A stretch of DNA of 32,000 nt from Desulfobulbus propionicus DSM 2032 (GTDB taxonomy: Bacteria > Desulfobacterota > Desulfobulbia > Desulfobulbales > Desulfobulbaceae). How positions within the stretch are numbered: position 1 is the first letter of the stretch; each line of letters starts with the position of its first letter. The position numbers and the translations under genes are program-made. The DNA is taken from positions 630,001-662,000 of the forward strand of contig NC_014972.1 of NCBI RefSeq assembly GCF_000186885.1, read 5' to 3'. The notes below the pieces were generated by a model that searched no databases, was not told the origin of the DNA, and worked only from the letters and a program-made list of their open reading frames with translations. Below, one piece after another: positions 17,700-26,391 of the stretch.

Positions 17700-19946
17700 T
17701 TATCGCCGGCGACCTCCGCCTCCACCCCTGCGGTCAAAGGATCGCGGGGCCGGGGTACTGCGAACCTGACTGGCCCGAGCACTCTGGGCATTGCCCCATT
17801 GCCGCGCACTGGCCTGCCGCTCCAGGGTGCGGGAATCAATACCGGCCTGCGGCGTCGGCCGTGACCAGCCGCCACTGCCGCCGCGTTGGCTCCAGTTGCC
17901 GTTGCTGTCCTTCTTGTAGACGTGGCCGTTGCGGCCGGCATAGACATTGCCTTCCGGGCCCTTGACCACGGCGCCCTGGCCGCGCCGGGTATCCCAGGCC
18001 ACGGCGCCGGTGCCCTCGCTGGTCTTGACCCCGGCCGCCTGGCCACGGACGGTGGAACGGGAACCGCCCTTAACCGATTTATCGCCCTTTTCCGCATAGA
18101 AGCGGCTGGCCGAGCCGCGCGGGGTGCTGACCGTGCCGCGTTCCGCATAGCCACCGGTATTCGGGTTATAGGCCTGACGGTACGATGCGCTGCCGCCGGG
18201 CCCATAGACATAGCCGCCCCGGGTGTAGGTGCCGGTGTTGGCGTTGTAGGTGGCTCCCCGGCCGGCCCCGCCATAGGGACCATAGGCCCGGGTCGCGGCA
18301 TACGAGCCGCCCGGTCCATAGGCGCCGTAATGGGAGACATAGCCGCCATAGCCATGGTTGTACACTGCGGCGCGGCCATAGGAATAGTAGGGGGCGGGAT
18401 AATAGTGGTGGTGATCCCAATCCTCCCAGTTGTCGATCAGGGCCGCGGTCAACAAGCCCATGCCGAACATCACCACCCCTGTGGTGGCGACATATTCGCC
18501 GCTGTAGCCGGAGGTTTGATTGTAGACCACGGTGGAGGGGGTGGACTCCTGCACGGTCACATAGGTCACGTTGTGGGCCGGATGAGTAGCGGGAATGGCG
18601 TAGATGGCCGGTGGCACCGAGGTGCAGTAGACCCAGGGGCCATTGGGCGACGAGCTGGTCAGCCAGGTGCCGTTGCTGCACCAGTAATAGGCGTTGTCCA
18701 CCAGAAAGATCTGGCTGGGCGTGTTGACCGCGGACTGGACACTGGTCCCCTGAATGGGAGCAAACTTCGGTTCGCCGCTGTATTGGGCCGTCGCCTGCAC
18801 TGGGCCGGCCGCCACCTTGGTGCTGGTCGGCACCGAGGCCAACAGGATGGCATCCTTGGCCTCGCGGGTTCCGGGCACCGAGGCCTTGACAAAGGCCGCG
18901 TCGCTGTCTGTCGGGATATGGGCGAAATCAACGGGCAGATCCAGGCTGGCCGGGGTCCAGGGCCCATCCAAGGACTTGGCGCGAAACCAACGGCCAGCCA
19001 CCAGGAAATAGAACTGCGCTTCGCGACTGTGGAGGAAAAGCGGGCTGCCGGTGTTGGCCACCTGCAGCAACGCGGTGGCGGGGACAGGGGTGTAGCGCGG
19101 CTCTCCTTCGATCAGGATCAGCTCGGCCGGTTCGGTGGCGGCAAAGACCACCGGGACCTCGCTCCCGGTCTTGCCGGGAATGTTGGTGCGCACCTCGGCC
19201 CAATTCTCCGTATCCGGCAGGGTGGACATGACCTGTGGCAACGTTTTGACCGCGGTCCACGGGCCGGCCAAGGGGTCCTTGGCGGTCAGCCATTGGTTGC
19301 CATCGAGGAGGAAATACTGCTGGCTTGCGGTATCAAAAAAGATATCCCAGTTGGCATTGACCGCGAACATCAGGTCGGTGCGATTGGCGTCCACCGGCTT
19401 GAAGGCGGGCTTGCCCATGAACATGACCAGAATGGCCGGCGTGCTGCTGTGGAAGATCCTGGGCGGCTGAATGTTGACCTCGACCGGCTTTTGCCGCATG
19501 TGCTGTTCCGGCTCCAGGTAGGCCAGCACCCGGTCCAGGGAGACCACGGTCACCTCTTTTCGCGGCAGCAACGTATTGACCACCGCGCTCAGGCGGGCGG
19601 CCTCGGTCTCGGGGATGTTGGCAAAACGGAGTTCGCGCCGCACCGGCCGGGCCACCACCTCGCGGGTGGAGTGGTCGACGGTGGTGTTGGCCTCCACCTC
19701 GGCCACGCCGAACCGCTCCTTGGCCTCGGCACCCTCCTTGACGCTGATGGCGCAACGGAACTGGAGCGTGGCGTAGTTGTTCCAGGAATCGACCTGGGGC
19801 TGGTAGACGGTGAGCCGCTTGTCGTCGCGCTCGATGATCCGGGGCCAGCCGGAATCGCCAGCGGCGGTCTGGGGTTGCGCCCCGCAGGGGAACGGCGCGA
19901 GCATGAGCAGCAGGAGGAGCGAACACAGGACAACAGGGTATCTCAT
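17700..19946 (-). CDS. Large secreted protein with Trp-rich internal repeats and a Gly/Tyr/Ser-rich C-terminal tail; function unknown
   Basis: Signal peptide MRYPVVLCSLLLLLMLAPFPCGA; three repeats of the type Y(F/Y)..-x-G-x-W-(L/F)-x(4)-(S/D)-P/D-x-GPW; RBS ggag 8 nt upstream of this ATG. Confidence 0.85.
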   Translation of the reverse strand: MRYPVVLCSLLLLLMLAPFPCGAQPQTAAGDSGWPRIIERDDKRLTVYQPQVDSWNNYATLQFRCAISVKEGAEAKERFGVAEVEANTTVDHSTREVVARPVRRELRFANIPETEAARLSAVVNTLLPRKEVTVVSLDRVLAYLEPEQHMRQKPVEVNIQPPRIFHSSTPAILVMFMGKPAFKPVDANRTDLMFAVNANWDIFFDTASQQYFLLDGNQWLTAKDPLAGPWTAVKTLPQVMSTLPDTENWAEVRTNIPGKTGSEVPVVFAATEPAELILIEGEPRYTPVPATALLQVANTGSPLFLHSREAQFYFLVAGRWFRAKSLDGPWTPASLDLPVDFAHIPTDSDAAFVKASVPGTREAKDAILLASVPTSTKVAAGPVQATAQYSGEPKFAPIQGTSVQSAVNTPSQIFLVDNAYYWCSNGTWLTSSSPNGPWVYCTSVPPAIYAIPATHPAHNVTYVTVQESTPSTVVYNQTSGYSGEYVATTGVVMFGMGLLTAALIDNWEDWDHHHYYPAPYYSYGRAAVYNHGYGGYVSHYGAYGPGGSYAATRAYGPYGGAGRGATYNANTGTYTRGGYVYGPGGSASYRQAYNPNTGGYAERGTVSTPRGSASRFYAEKGDKSVKGGSRSTVRGQAAGVKTSEGTGAVAWDTRRGQGAVVKGPEGNVYAGRNGHVYKKDSNGNWSQRGGSGGWSRPTPQAGIDSRTLERQASARQWGNAQSARASQVRSTPAPRSFDRRGGGGGRRR

Positions 19947-20015
19947 GGCCATTTCTCCAATAAAAGGATGAAGAAGACAACCTCCCTTCGCCGAAGGGTG
20001 GTCATTGCAGGACAA

Positions 20016-20108
20016 CTACACGGTCATGGCTGTGCCGGATTCAACATTCGCGGGACAAAGGGAGGGGAACGAGAGGAACACAGCCAGAACGACGATGCAC
20101 GGTTGCAT
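20016..20108 (-). CDS. Possible 30-aa secreted peptide or leader ORF
   Basis: MQPCIVVLAVFLSFPSLCPANVESGTAMTV preceded by ggaaggagatgtc; no conserved-family evidence. Confidence 0.35.
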   Translation of the reverse strand: MQPCIVVLAVFLSFPSLCPANVESGTAMTV

Positions 20109-20368
20109 GACATCTCCTTCCAGGCTTAGCCTGATGCAGAGCGATTTTTCACAGCGGCGGGGGCGGCAAACGGTCTGTCCAGTCCCTCCTGCCGCACGTG
20201 CACAATCTTTCAACTAGCGAGCTGCTCGTCAGAATGAATCAATAAAATCAATACAATTCCCTGGTTGCCACGACAAGAGAAATAATGAGGCGGGAAAATA
20301 TTTTCCGTTCCCGAGGGGCGAGGTTTCCCGCATACGGCAAACCGGCAGCCGGGCTGCCGCCACACCGA

Positions 20369-22165
20369 TCAGGTTTCGCTGACCGGAGGCTGCGTTGGCT
20401 CGGAGAGGCGGCGCTTGATGGCCTCCAGTTCCTCCAGATGTTCGAAGAACAGGTCGACAATCTGCGGATCGAACATGCCGCCGCGTTCCCGTTGGATGAA
20501 CTGGAGCACCTTTTCCCGGGGCCATGGCTGTTTGTAAACCCGGCCCAGGGATAGGGCGTCAAAAACATCGGCCACGGCGCAAATCCGTGCCAGCAGATTG
20601 ATTTCCTCCCCCCGCAACCCGGCCGGATAGCCGGTACCGTCCCACCGCTCATGGTGCTGGAGGGCGATGGTGCGGGCGCTGGCCATGAGCTTGCGGTCCG
20701 AGGTGTTGAGGATGCGTTGGCCAATGACCGTATGGTGCTTGATCTGCTCGAATTCCTCGGTGGTCAGCCTGGCCGGCTTGTTGAGAATGGCATCCGGAAT
20801 GCCGATCTTGCCAATATCGTGCATGGGCGCGGCGGCTTCGAGCAGGGCGATCTCCTCCTCGCTCAGGCCGTATGCGCGGCCCAGCAGGGCGGCATAGGCG
20901 GCCACCCGGCGGACATGGTTGGCGGTATCGCCCGAGCGGGATTCGATCACCTCGCCCAGGGTGGAGAGAAGCTCGAGCTGGGTTTCGATCATTTCCCGAT
21001 TCAGAGTCAGGATCTCGGCGTTGCCGCGGTTGATGGTCCGCTGCCTGAACACATTCTGGATCAGGAGGACGATGATCAGGCCGAGAACGGCGATGATCGC
21101 CAGGGCCATGAGGATGGCCGAACGATGGAGTTCGAAATAGGATTGGGGCCGGTCGAGGAGCGCGGCATCCGCCGGCAGGCGGGACAGGGGGATGGCGAAC
21201 CGTTGCAGCGCGGGATAGTTGTAGGTGTGTCGGTTCACTTCGGTGAGCTGGTCGTAGAGGGCAGGGGGATGGCCGCCGGCCAGACGTTCCAGCAGGGTCT
21301 GCGCCGCTTTGTGGCCGTGGCCGAAGGCGCTGGTGACGCAGCCGCCGACCGCTCCGGAACGCAGCTGGAAATCCCAGGCCACATAAACCGGTACCGGCGA
21401 ACTGGCGGCCAGGGCCCGCGGCATCTCCTCGGCGGTGAACACCCGGCCGGCGGCATCCTGGAAATAGACCAGCAGGTAGAAAAGTTCCCCCGGAGTCCGT
21501 TTCTCCGCAAACGCCAGCAAATCCCTGCCGGTCATCGGCGGCAGGATCTCCACCGCCACCCGATCGCGCAACGGCCGCACCTGTTCGGCAAAGGCCTGGC
21601 GGATCACCTGGCCGGTGAGTGTATGGTCCACCGCGACGAAAATTTTCCGGGTGCCCGGATTCTGTTGCAGGGCGGCGTCGAGCGTTTCCCGGTGCGCCAC
21701 CCGTTCGATGATGATGTGCATGTCGCTGGCGTTGACGGGAACCGATCGGGGATCGTTGATGCCGCAGGCAACGATGGGGACGTGGGGAAAGAGATCCTGC
21801 CGGTGGCGGGCCACCAGGTCCAGGGCGTGGTCATCGGTGAGGATGACCCCGTCGAACTGAGTGCCGCTATATTTCTCCCGGTAGAGGGCGAGCAAGCGTT
21901 CGATATAGGCGGGCGAATCGTGATGTTTGGCATCCATGTATTCCACCCGGTAGCGGGCCTGGATTTCCGGTGCTTGCAGGACCGACAGGATGCCGGTATG
22001 CAGATCCCTGGTCCAGGAAAAATCCGGGGCATAGGAATGGAGCACCAGTACCCGTGGCCGGAGAGATGTGGCGTCGGCCGCCACCGAGGCCGGCAGCAGG
22101 GCGAGCAACATCGGCAGCACTGTGGCGAGGAGGCGAGACCATCGAAGGGAAAAAGGTGGGCTCAT
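20369..22165 (-). CDS. Membrane-bound HD-GYP domain protein with periplasmic ABC-transporter-substrate-binding-like sensor
   Basis: RPRVLVLHSYAPDFSWTRDLHTGI; TM LMALAIIAVLGLIIVLLIQ; HD-GYP motifs NHVRRVAAYA, MHDIGKIGIPDAILNKP, HHERWDGTGYPAGLRGEEI. Confidence 0.92.
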   Translation of the reverse strand: MSPPFSLRWSRLLATVLPMLLALLPASVAADATSLRPRVLVLHSYAPDFSWTRDLHTGILSVLQAPEIQARYRVEYMDAKHHDSPAYIERLLALYREKYSGTQFDGVILTDDHALDLVARHRQDLFPHVPIVACGINDPRSVPVNASDMHIIIERVAHRETLDAALQQNPGTRKIFVAVDHTLTGQVIRQAFAEQVRPLRDRVAVEILPPMTGRDLLAFAEKRTPGELFYLLVYFQDAAGRVFTAEEMPRALAASSPVPVYVAWDFQLRSGAVGGCVTSAFGHGHKAAQTLLERLAGGHPPALYDQLTEVNRHTYNYPALQRFAIPLSRLPADAALLDRPQSYFELHRSAILMALAIIAVLGLIIVLLIQNVFRQRTINRGNAEILTLNREMIETQLELLSTLGEVIESRSGDTANHVRRVAAYAALLGRAYGLSEEEIALLEAAAPMHDIGKIGIPDAILNKPARLTTEEFEQIKHHTVIGQRILNTSDRKLMASARTIALQHHERWDGTGYPAGLRGEEINLLARICAVADVFDALSLGRVYKQPWPREKVLQFIQRERGGMFDPQIVDLFFEHLEELEAIKRRLSEPTQPPVSET

Positions 22166-22431
22166 CGTTGGCGATTCCCGGCCTGGAGTTGGCCTGCCAG
22201 TTCCGCCGTCGGCAGGATTACGGCAAGAGGCTGGAAACGGTTGCGCCGATCATCGGCATGCATGAAATATAAATATTGTACCCATGTTGCTCCATAGTGA
22301 ACAAGAGCAATTCTCATCGTTCATCCTGCTGATCCGTTGATTTGGGTGGCCTTGAGGAAAGAGCACTCGAGCCCGGTCACGGCGTTGTCTGAGGCTGTGC
22401 GCGGACGGATAGCCATCAAGAGGAACAGGCC

Positions 22432-22707
22432 ATGATGCCGATAGATGTTCTGCTCAACCGTATACAGTGGGACCGGGACTTCGGCTGGGCCGAGTTTTCT
22501 ATCGGTTATGAAGACCGCGTGGCGGCGGCGATCCTTGTCGTCCCCCTGCACCAGGTGGTGCGCATACCGGGAGACCGTTTTTCGGTGCGGATCGTCGATG
22601 GGGAGGGCGTGTGGCATCGGGTGCCGCTGCACCGGATCAAGCAGGTGTACCGCAACGGCGAGCTGATCTGGCAACGGCCCCGGTGCCGGCTTTTCCCCGG
22701 AGCGTGA
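22432..22707 (+). CDS. DUF504 family protein
   Basis: MMPIDVLLNRIQWDRDFGWAEFSIGYEDR...VPLHRIKQVYRNGELIWQRP. Confidence 0.8.
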   Translation: MMPIDVLLNRIQWDRDFGWAEFSIGYEDRVAAAILVVPLHQVVRIPGDRFSVRIVDGEGVWHRVPLHRIKQVYRNGELIWQRPRCRLFPGA

Positions 22708-22761
22708 CCAGGGGCACGCGTAACACGCCACCGTTTCCCTCCGGGAAAAAGGAGGGCGGGG

Positions 22762-23418
22762 TTAGGCCGGCAGCAGCTCGCGCCAGTCGGCAAGCAGGTA
22801 GAAGGGGAAATGGGGCCAGGTGTGGACCGTGCCGCAGCCCTTGCCCCAGGCGCGCATCTGGTTGCGGCCGGAAAAGATTCGGTCGCGGCTGGTGATGATC
22901 TTGTGGTCATAGAGGTCGGCCGCCGGACCGGCTTGGGTAAAGGCGTCGCGGAAGGCGGCCATCTCCTCGCGCAGGGCGGGTAGGTCGCGCTGCGGCCGAG
23001 TGGCCAGGAAACGGGCGAGCTGGTGGTCGTCGTCGAACATGTTGCGGTAGAAGCTGTCCAGCACCTCCTGGCTGAAATGGTCGAGCATCTCGGCGTAGTT
23101 GTCCGACGGGATGCCGCGCTGCTGGTCGATCGGCGTCAGGGTACCGCCAAGAGCGGTGCGTGAGGCAAAGGCTGTGGGCCGGTCGGCCAGCAGATGGGCC
23201 GCCACCCACACCCCCATGGACCAGCCGATCAGGTGCAGCCGCTGGTAGCCGGCAAAGGGGGCGAGGTCGATCGGTGCCAGCTGTCGGTAGTCGTGGAACA
23301 GGCAGACATCGTGGGCCGCCGCCTCCAGACCGTCAAAGGGAGTCGGGTCCATGCCCCAGCCGCTGAAAAAGAGGATGCATTCCCGGTGCGGCCCGCGCTT
23401 GAGCCAGTCGCTACGCAT
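22762..23418 (-). CDS. bioG: BioG-type (DUF452) pimeloyl-ACP methyl ester esterase
   Basis: ILFFSGWGMDPTPF, HLIGWSMGVWVAA nucleophile elbow, GGTLTPIDQQRGIP; overlaps the bioF 3' end. Confidence 0.85.
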   Translation of the reverse strand: MRSDWLKRGPHRECILFFSGWGMDPTPFDGLEAAAHDVCLFHDYRQLAPIDLAPFAGYQRLHLIGWSMGVWVAAHLLADRPTAFASRTALGGTLTPIDQQRGIPSDNYAEMLDHFSQEVLDSFYRNMFDDDHQLARFLATRPQRDLPALREEMAAFRDAFTQAGPAADLYDHKIITSRDRIFSGRNQMRAWGKGCGTVHTWPHFPFYLLADWRELLPA

Positions 23419-24607
23419 GGTCGGCCTCCTCCAGGGCGGTTTTGATAATCGCGGGCAGCGGCGCCAGTTGCTCCCAGTCCATGGCCGCGTTGAGCGACAG
23501 CCGCAGGCGCGAGGTGCCGGCCGGCACCGTGGGCGGCCGGACTGCCTTGACCCAGTAGCCGGCCTCGCAGATGCGCTCGGCCGCGTTCACGGTCCGGGCG
23601 GCGTCGCCGACCAGCACCGGCACGATGTTGCTGCTGCCGTCGGTGCGCAGGCCGAGGCCGCGCAGGGCTTCGCGGAAACGGGCGGCCAGCTGGTCGACCT
23701 TGGCCCGCTGCTCGCGCATCAGGGGGATGTGGCGGAGCACGAAGCACAACCAATGGACCGATACCGGCGGCAGGCCGGTGCTGAAGATCTGCGAGCGGGC
23801 GGTATTGAGCAGGTAGTCGATCAGCAGGCGCGAGCCCACCACAAAGGAACCCTGGCCGCCGAAAGCCTTGCCGAAGGTGCCGGTGAGGATCTCGATCTGC
23901 CGGTGCACTCCCTGTTCCTCGGCCAGGCCGAGGCCGTTGTCGCCGCGGATGCCGACCCCGTGCGCCTCGTCGACGTAGAGCGCGGCCCGGAAACGGTCCT
24001 TGATCCGCACCAATTCGGCCAGATCGGCGGTGTCGCCGTCCATGCTGAAGATTGATTCAGTGACGATGATCACCTGGCGAAATCGGGCCCGGTCCTTGGT
24101 GAGCACCTGCTCGACCGCCGCATAATCGAGATGCGGGTAGCGGATGACCTTGGCCCGCGACAGGCGCATGCCGTCGATCAGGCTGGCATGGCAGAGTTTG
24201 TCGGCCAGGATCAGATCCTGTTTGCCGGTCAGGGCCGGCAGCAGGCCGATGTTGATGTGGTAGCCCGAATTGAACACCAGGGCCGCCTCGGCCTGGTACA
24301 GGGTACAGAGCAGTTCCTCCAGCCGGGCATAGGGCAGGGTGTTGCCGGTCATCAACCGTGAGGCGGTACTGCCCAAGCCGTAGCGTTCCAGCAGGGTGTC
24401 GCTGTTCTGCTCGCTGTAAAAGGCCTGGAGCAGCTCCCGATTGGTGGCCAGGCCGAGGTAATCGTTGCCGGCGAGGTTGAGATAGCGGCGGCCGTCAATG
24501 TCGATCCGGCCACGGTCGAGGTGGGTGACCGGCACCAGTTGGCGCCGCTGCCCCTGGCGCTCGATCTCGGCCAGCGCTTCGCTTAGAGAAGGGTCGAGAA
24601 CGGACAT
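23411..24607 (-). CDS. bioF: 8-amino-7-oxononanoate synthase
   Basis: NDYLGLATN, GLGSTASRLMTGN, ALVFNSGYHIN, LYVDEAHGVGIRGDNG, LTGTFGKAFGGQGSFV (PLP lysine). Confidence 0.93.
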   Translation of the reverse strand: MSVLDPSLSEALAEIERQGQRRQLVPVTHLDRGRIDIDGRRYLNLAGNDYLGLATNRELLQAFYSEQNSDTLLERYGLGSTASRLMTGNTLPYARLEELLCTLYQAEAALVFNSGYHINIGLLPALTGKQDLILADKLCHASLIDGMRLSRAKVIRYPHLDYAAVEQVLTKDRARFRQVIIVTESIFSMDGDTADLAELVRIKDRFRAALYVDEAHGVGIRGDNGLGLAEEQGVHRQIEILTGTFGKAFGGQGSFVVGSRLLIDYLLNTARSQIFSTGLPPVSVHWLCFVLRHIPLMREQRAKVDQLAARFREALRGLGLRTDGSSNIVPVLVGDAARTVNAAERICEAGYWVKAVRPPTVPAGTSRLRLSLNAAMDWEQLAPLPAIIKTALEEADHA

Positions 24608-24611
24608 GGGG

Positions 24612-24950
24612 TTATTCCACGAGTTGGCTGTACAGGCTGTCGCTGAAGCCGACCAGCAGCCGGTCGCCGATCCGCAGGGTGGGGGCGCGCAGGTTGCCGG
24701 TTCGGCCCAGGGCCTGGGCAAGAATCGCTTCTTTGCTGTCGGTGCGCGGATCGAACACTTGATAGGTCTTGCCCTTGGCCACCAGGATCTCCCGGGCGCC
24801 GGCCAACAATTTCCAGGCCTCCTCGCCAGCGAGCGATTCCTTGCGGGCATCGGCAACCCGTTCCGGGGGCAAGGTATGACGGTTCAGCACATCCTGTGCC
24901 TTGGCGCACGAGGCTCAGCCTTTTCTCAAATAGGCCCATTCAATCTGCAT
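24612..24950 (-). CDS. ArsC-family/thioredoxin-fold selenoprotein (Sec at codon 12, in-frame TGA 24915..24917)
   Basis: RBS tggagg + ATG at 24950; reads MQIEWAYLRKG(U)ASCAKAQDVLNRHTLPPERVADARKESLAGEEAWKLL...NLRAPTLRIGDRLLVGFSDSLYSQLVE; UxxC motif; candidate SECIS hairpin just after TGA. The ORF track starts only at GTG 24890. Confidence 0.88.
24887..24899 (-). promoter_or_regulatory. Candidate bacterial SECIS element (apical stem-loop)
   Basis: Minus-strand gcaca-gga-tgtgc, with loop beginning 21 nt after the TGA and two G residues at the loop start. Confidence 0.55.
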
Positions 24951-25075
24951 ACATCCTCCATTGGCTCCAGAAAACGGGGCAACAGTGCAACAACGTGGCA
25001 AACAGCGCATCATTATAGTCCCGGATGGCCGGGATCACCACTTTTTTTCCAGAGAAAGGGCTGCGCCCGGGTGGT

Positions 25076-26209
25076 TTACCCCACCCGGTTGCCGAGACAG
25101 GCATCGGTTTCCAGGGCGGCCCGGATCCAGGGATGGTCAAGCGGCACGGTCTTGCGCTTGCCGACCACCTGGGCGAGGTCCACCAGTTCGGTGGATTCGC
25201 CCTTGACCGCGACCATGCAGCCGAATTGCCGTTCATTGACCGCGGCCACGCAGGCGGAACCGAGCCGGGTGGCCAGGATACGGTCGGCGGCCGTGGGGGT
25301 GCCGCCGCGCTGCAGATGGCCGAGGATGGTCACCCGGCTTTCCAGTCCGGTGAGGGCCTCCAGCTGGGCCGAGAGCCGCAGGGTGTTGGTGGCGTGGTTG
25401 GCCTGAAAGGCGGCCAGGGCGGCGGCGGCCTTTTTCTGCTTCTTGTCGTCCTTGAGCGCCGCCTGTTTCTTGTCCTGCAGCCGCGCCAGCTCCTTGGCGT
25501 CCTCCAGCGCCAGGGCGCCCTCGGAAACGGCAACAATGCTGAAGTTCTTACCCCGGTGCCGCCGCCTGCGGATCGCCTCGGCCACCTGGGTAACGTCGTA
25601 GGGGATCTCGGGGATGAGGATCACGTCGGCGCCGCTGGCCAGGCCGGCGCCCAGCCCCAGCCAGCCGGTGTTGTGGCCCATGATCTCGACCACGATGATC
25701 CGGTGGTGGCTGTGGGCGGTGGAATGGAGGCGGTCGATGGCGTCGGTGGCGATCGACAGGGCGGTGTCGAAACCAAAGGTGATGTCGGTCATGGCCACGT
25801 CGTTGTCGATGGTCTTGGGCAGGGTGATGACATTCACCCCGGCCTGGGCCAGCCGATAGGCGTTTTTCTGGGTGCCGCCGCCGCCAATGCAGATCAGGGC
25901 CTCGAGGTTGTGGCGGTGGTAGTTGTCGATCATCACCTCGGTCATGTCCTGGACCTTGGAACCGACCGGCATCTTGTGCGGCTTGTCGCGGCTGGTGCCG
26001 AGGATGGTCCCGCCCAGGGTGAGGATGCCGGAGAGGATCTCGCCCTCCAGGTGAACGGTACGGTTCTCCATCAGGCCGCGAAAGCCGTCGCGAAAACCGA
26101 TCACCTGCATGTTGTAGGCGTTGAGCGCGCTCTTGCCGATGGCCCGGATGGCTGCATTGAGACCGGGGCTGTCGCCGCCGGCGGTCAGGACGCCGATGCA
26201 TTTTCCCAT
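25076..26209 (-). CDS. pfkA: 6-phosphofructokinase family protein
   Basis: [59 protein letters not shown] and [13 protein letters not shown] motifs. Confidence 0.9.
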   Translation of the reverse strand: MGKCIGVLTAGGDSPGLNAAIRAIGKSALNAYNMQVIGFRDGFRGLMENRTVHLEGEILSGILTLGGTILGTSRDKPHKMPVGSKVQDMTEVMIDNYHRHNLEALICIGGGGTQKNAYRLAQAGVNVITLPKTIDNDVAMTDITFGFDTALSIATDAIDRLHSTAHSHHRIIVVEIMGHNTGWLGLGAGLASGADVILIPEIPYDVTQVAEAIRRRRHRGKNFSIVAVSEGALALEDAKELARLQDKKQAALKDDKKQKKAAAALAAFQANHATNTLRLSAQLEALTGLESRVTILGHLQRGGTPTAADRILATRLGSACVAAVNERQFGCMVAVKGESTELVDLAQVVGKRKTVPLDHPWIRAALETDACLGNRVG

Positions 26210-26316
26210 GGATGTTCCTCCGCGATTCCCTTGATGGCACCTTGTCGTTCCCTGTTTTTAACCATATCGACATCCGGGGCGCAACAATCCTCATCAAATC
26301 CTAACCGAGGCCGAAC

Positions 26317-26334
26317 CTGTCTTTAACATGGCAC
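26317..26334 (+). promoter_or_regulatory. Weak Pho-box-like site upstream of the pst operon
   Basis: CTGTCTT-TAAC-ATGGCAC against the E. coli-type CTGTCAT-N4-CTGTCAC (6/7 and 5/7 matches). Confidence 0.3.
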
Positions 26335-26391
26335 CGATACCTTTCCCTCAGTTACGGCGGGATGGGCCCGCCGGCCTCTGATGGAGTGTGC

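Noticed and set aside
17886-20129. 747-aa plus-strand ORF
   Set aside because: Antisense to the large secreted protein, which has a signal peptide, RBS and coherent repeats; the plus-strand product is an Arg/Gly/Val-rich shadow.
20293-20306. Perfect palindrome ggaaaatattttcc in the intergenic region
   Set aside because: Short AT palindrome, single occurrence noticed, no evidence of operator function.
20651-22297. 548-aa plus-strand ORF
   Set aside because: Antisense to the HD-GYP gene; no recognisable motifs.
22321-22731. 136-aa minus-strand ORF
   Set aside because: Antisense to the DUF504-like gene, which matches its family from end to end.
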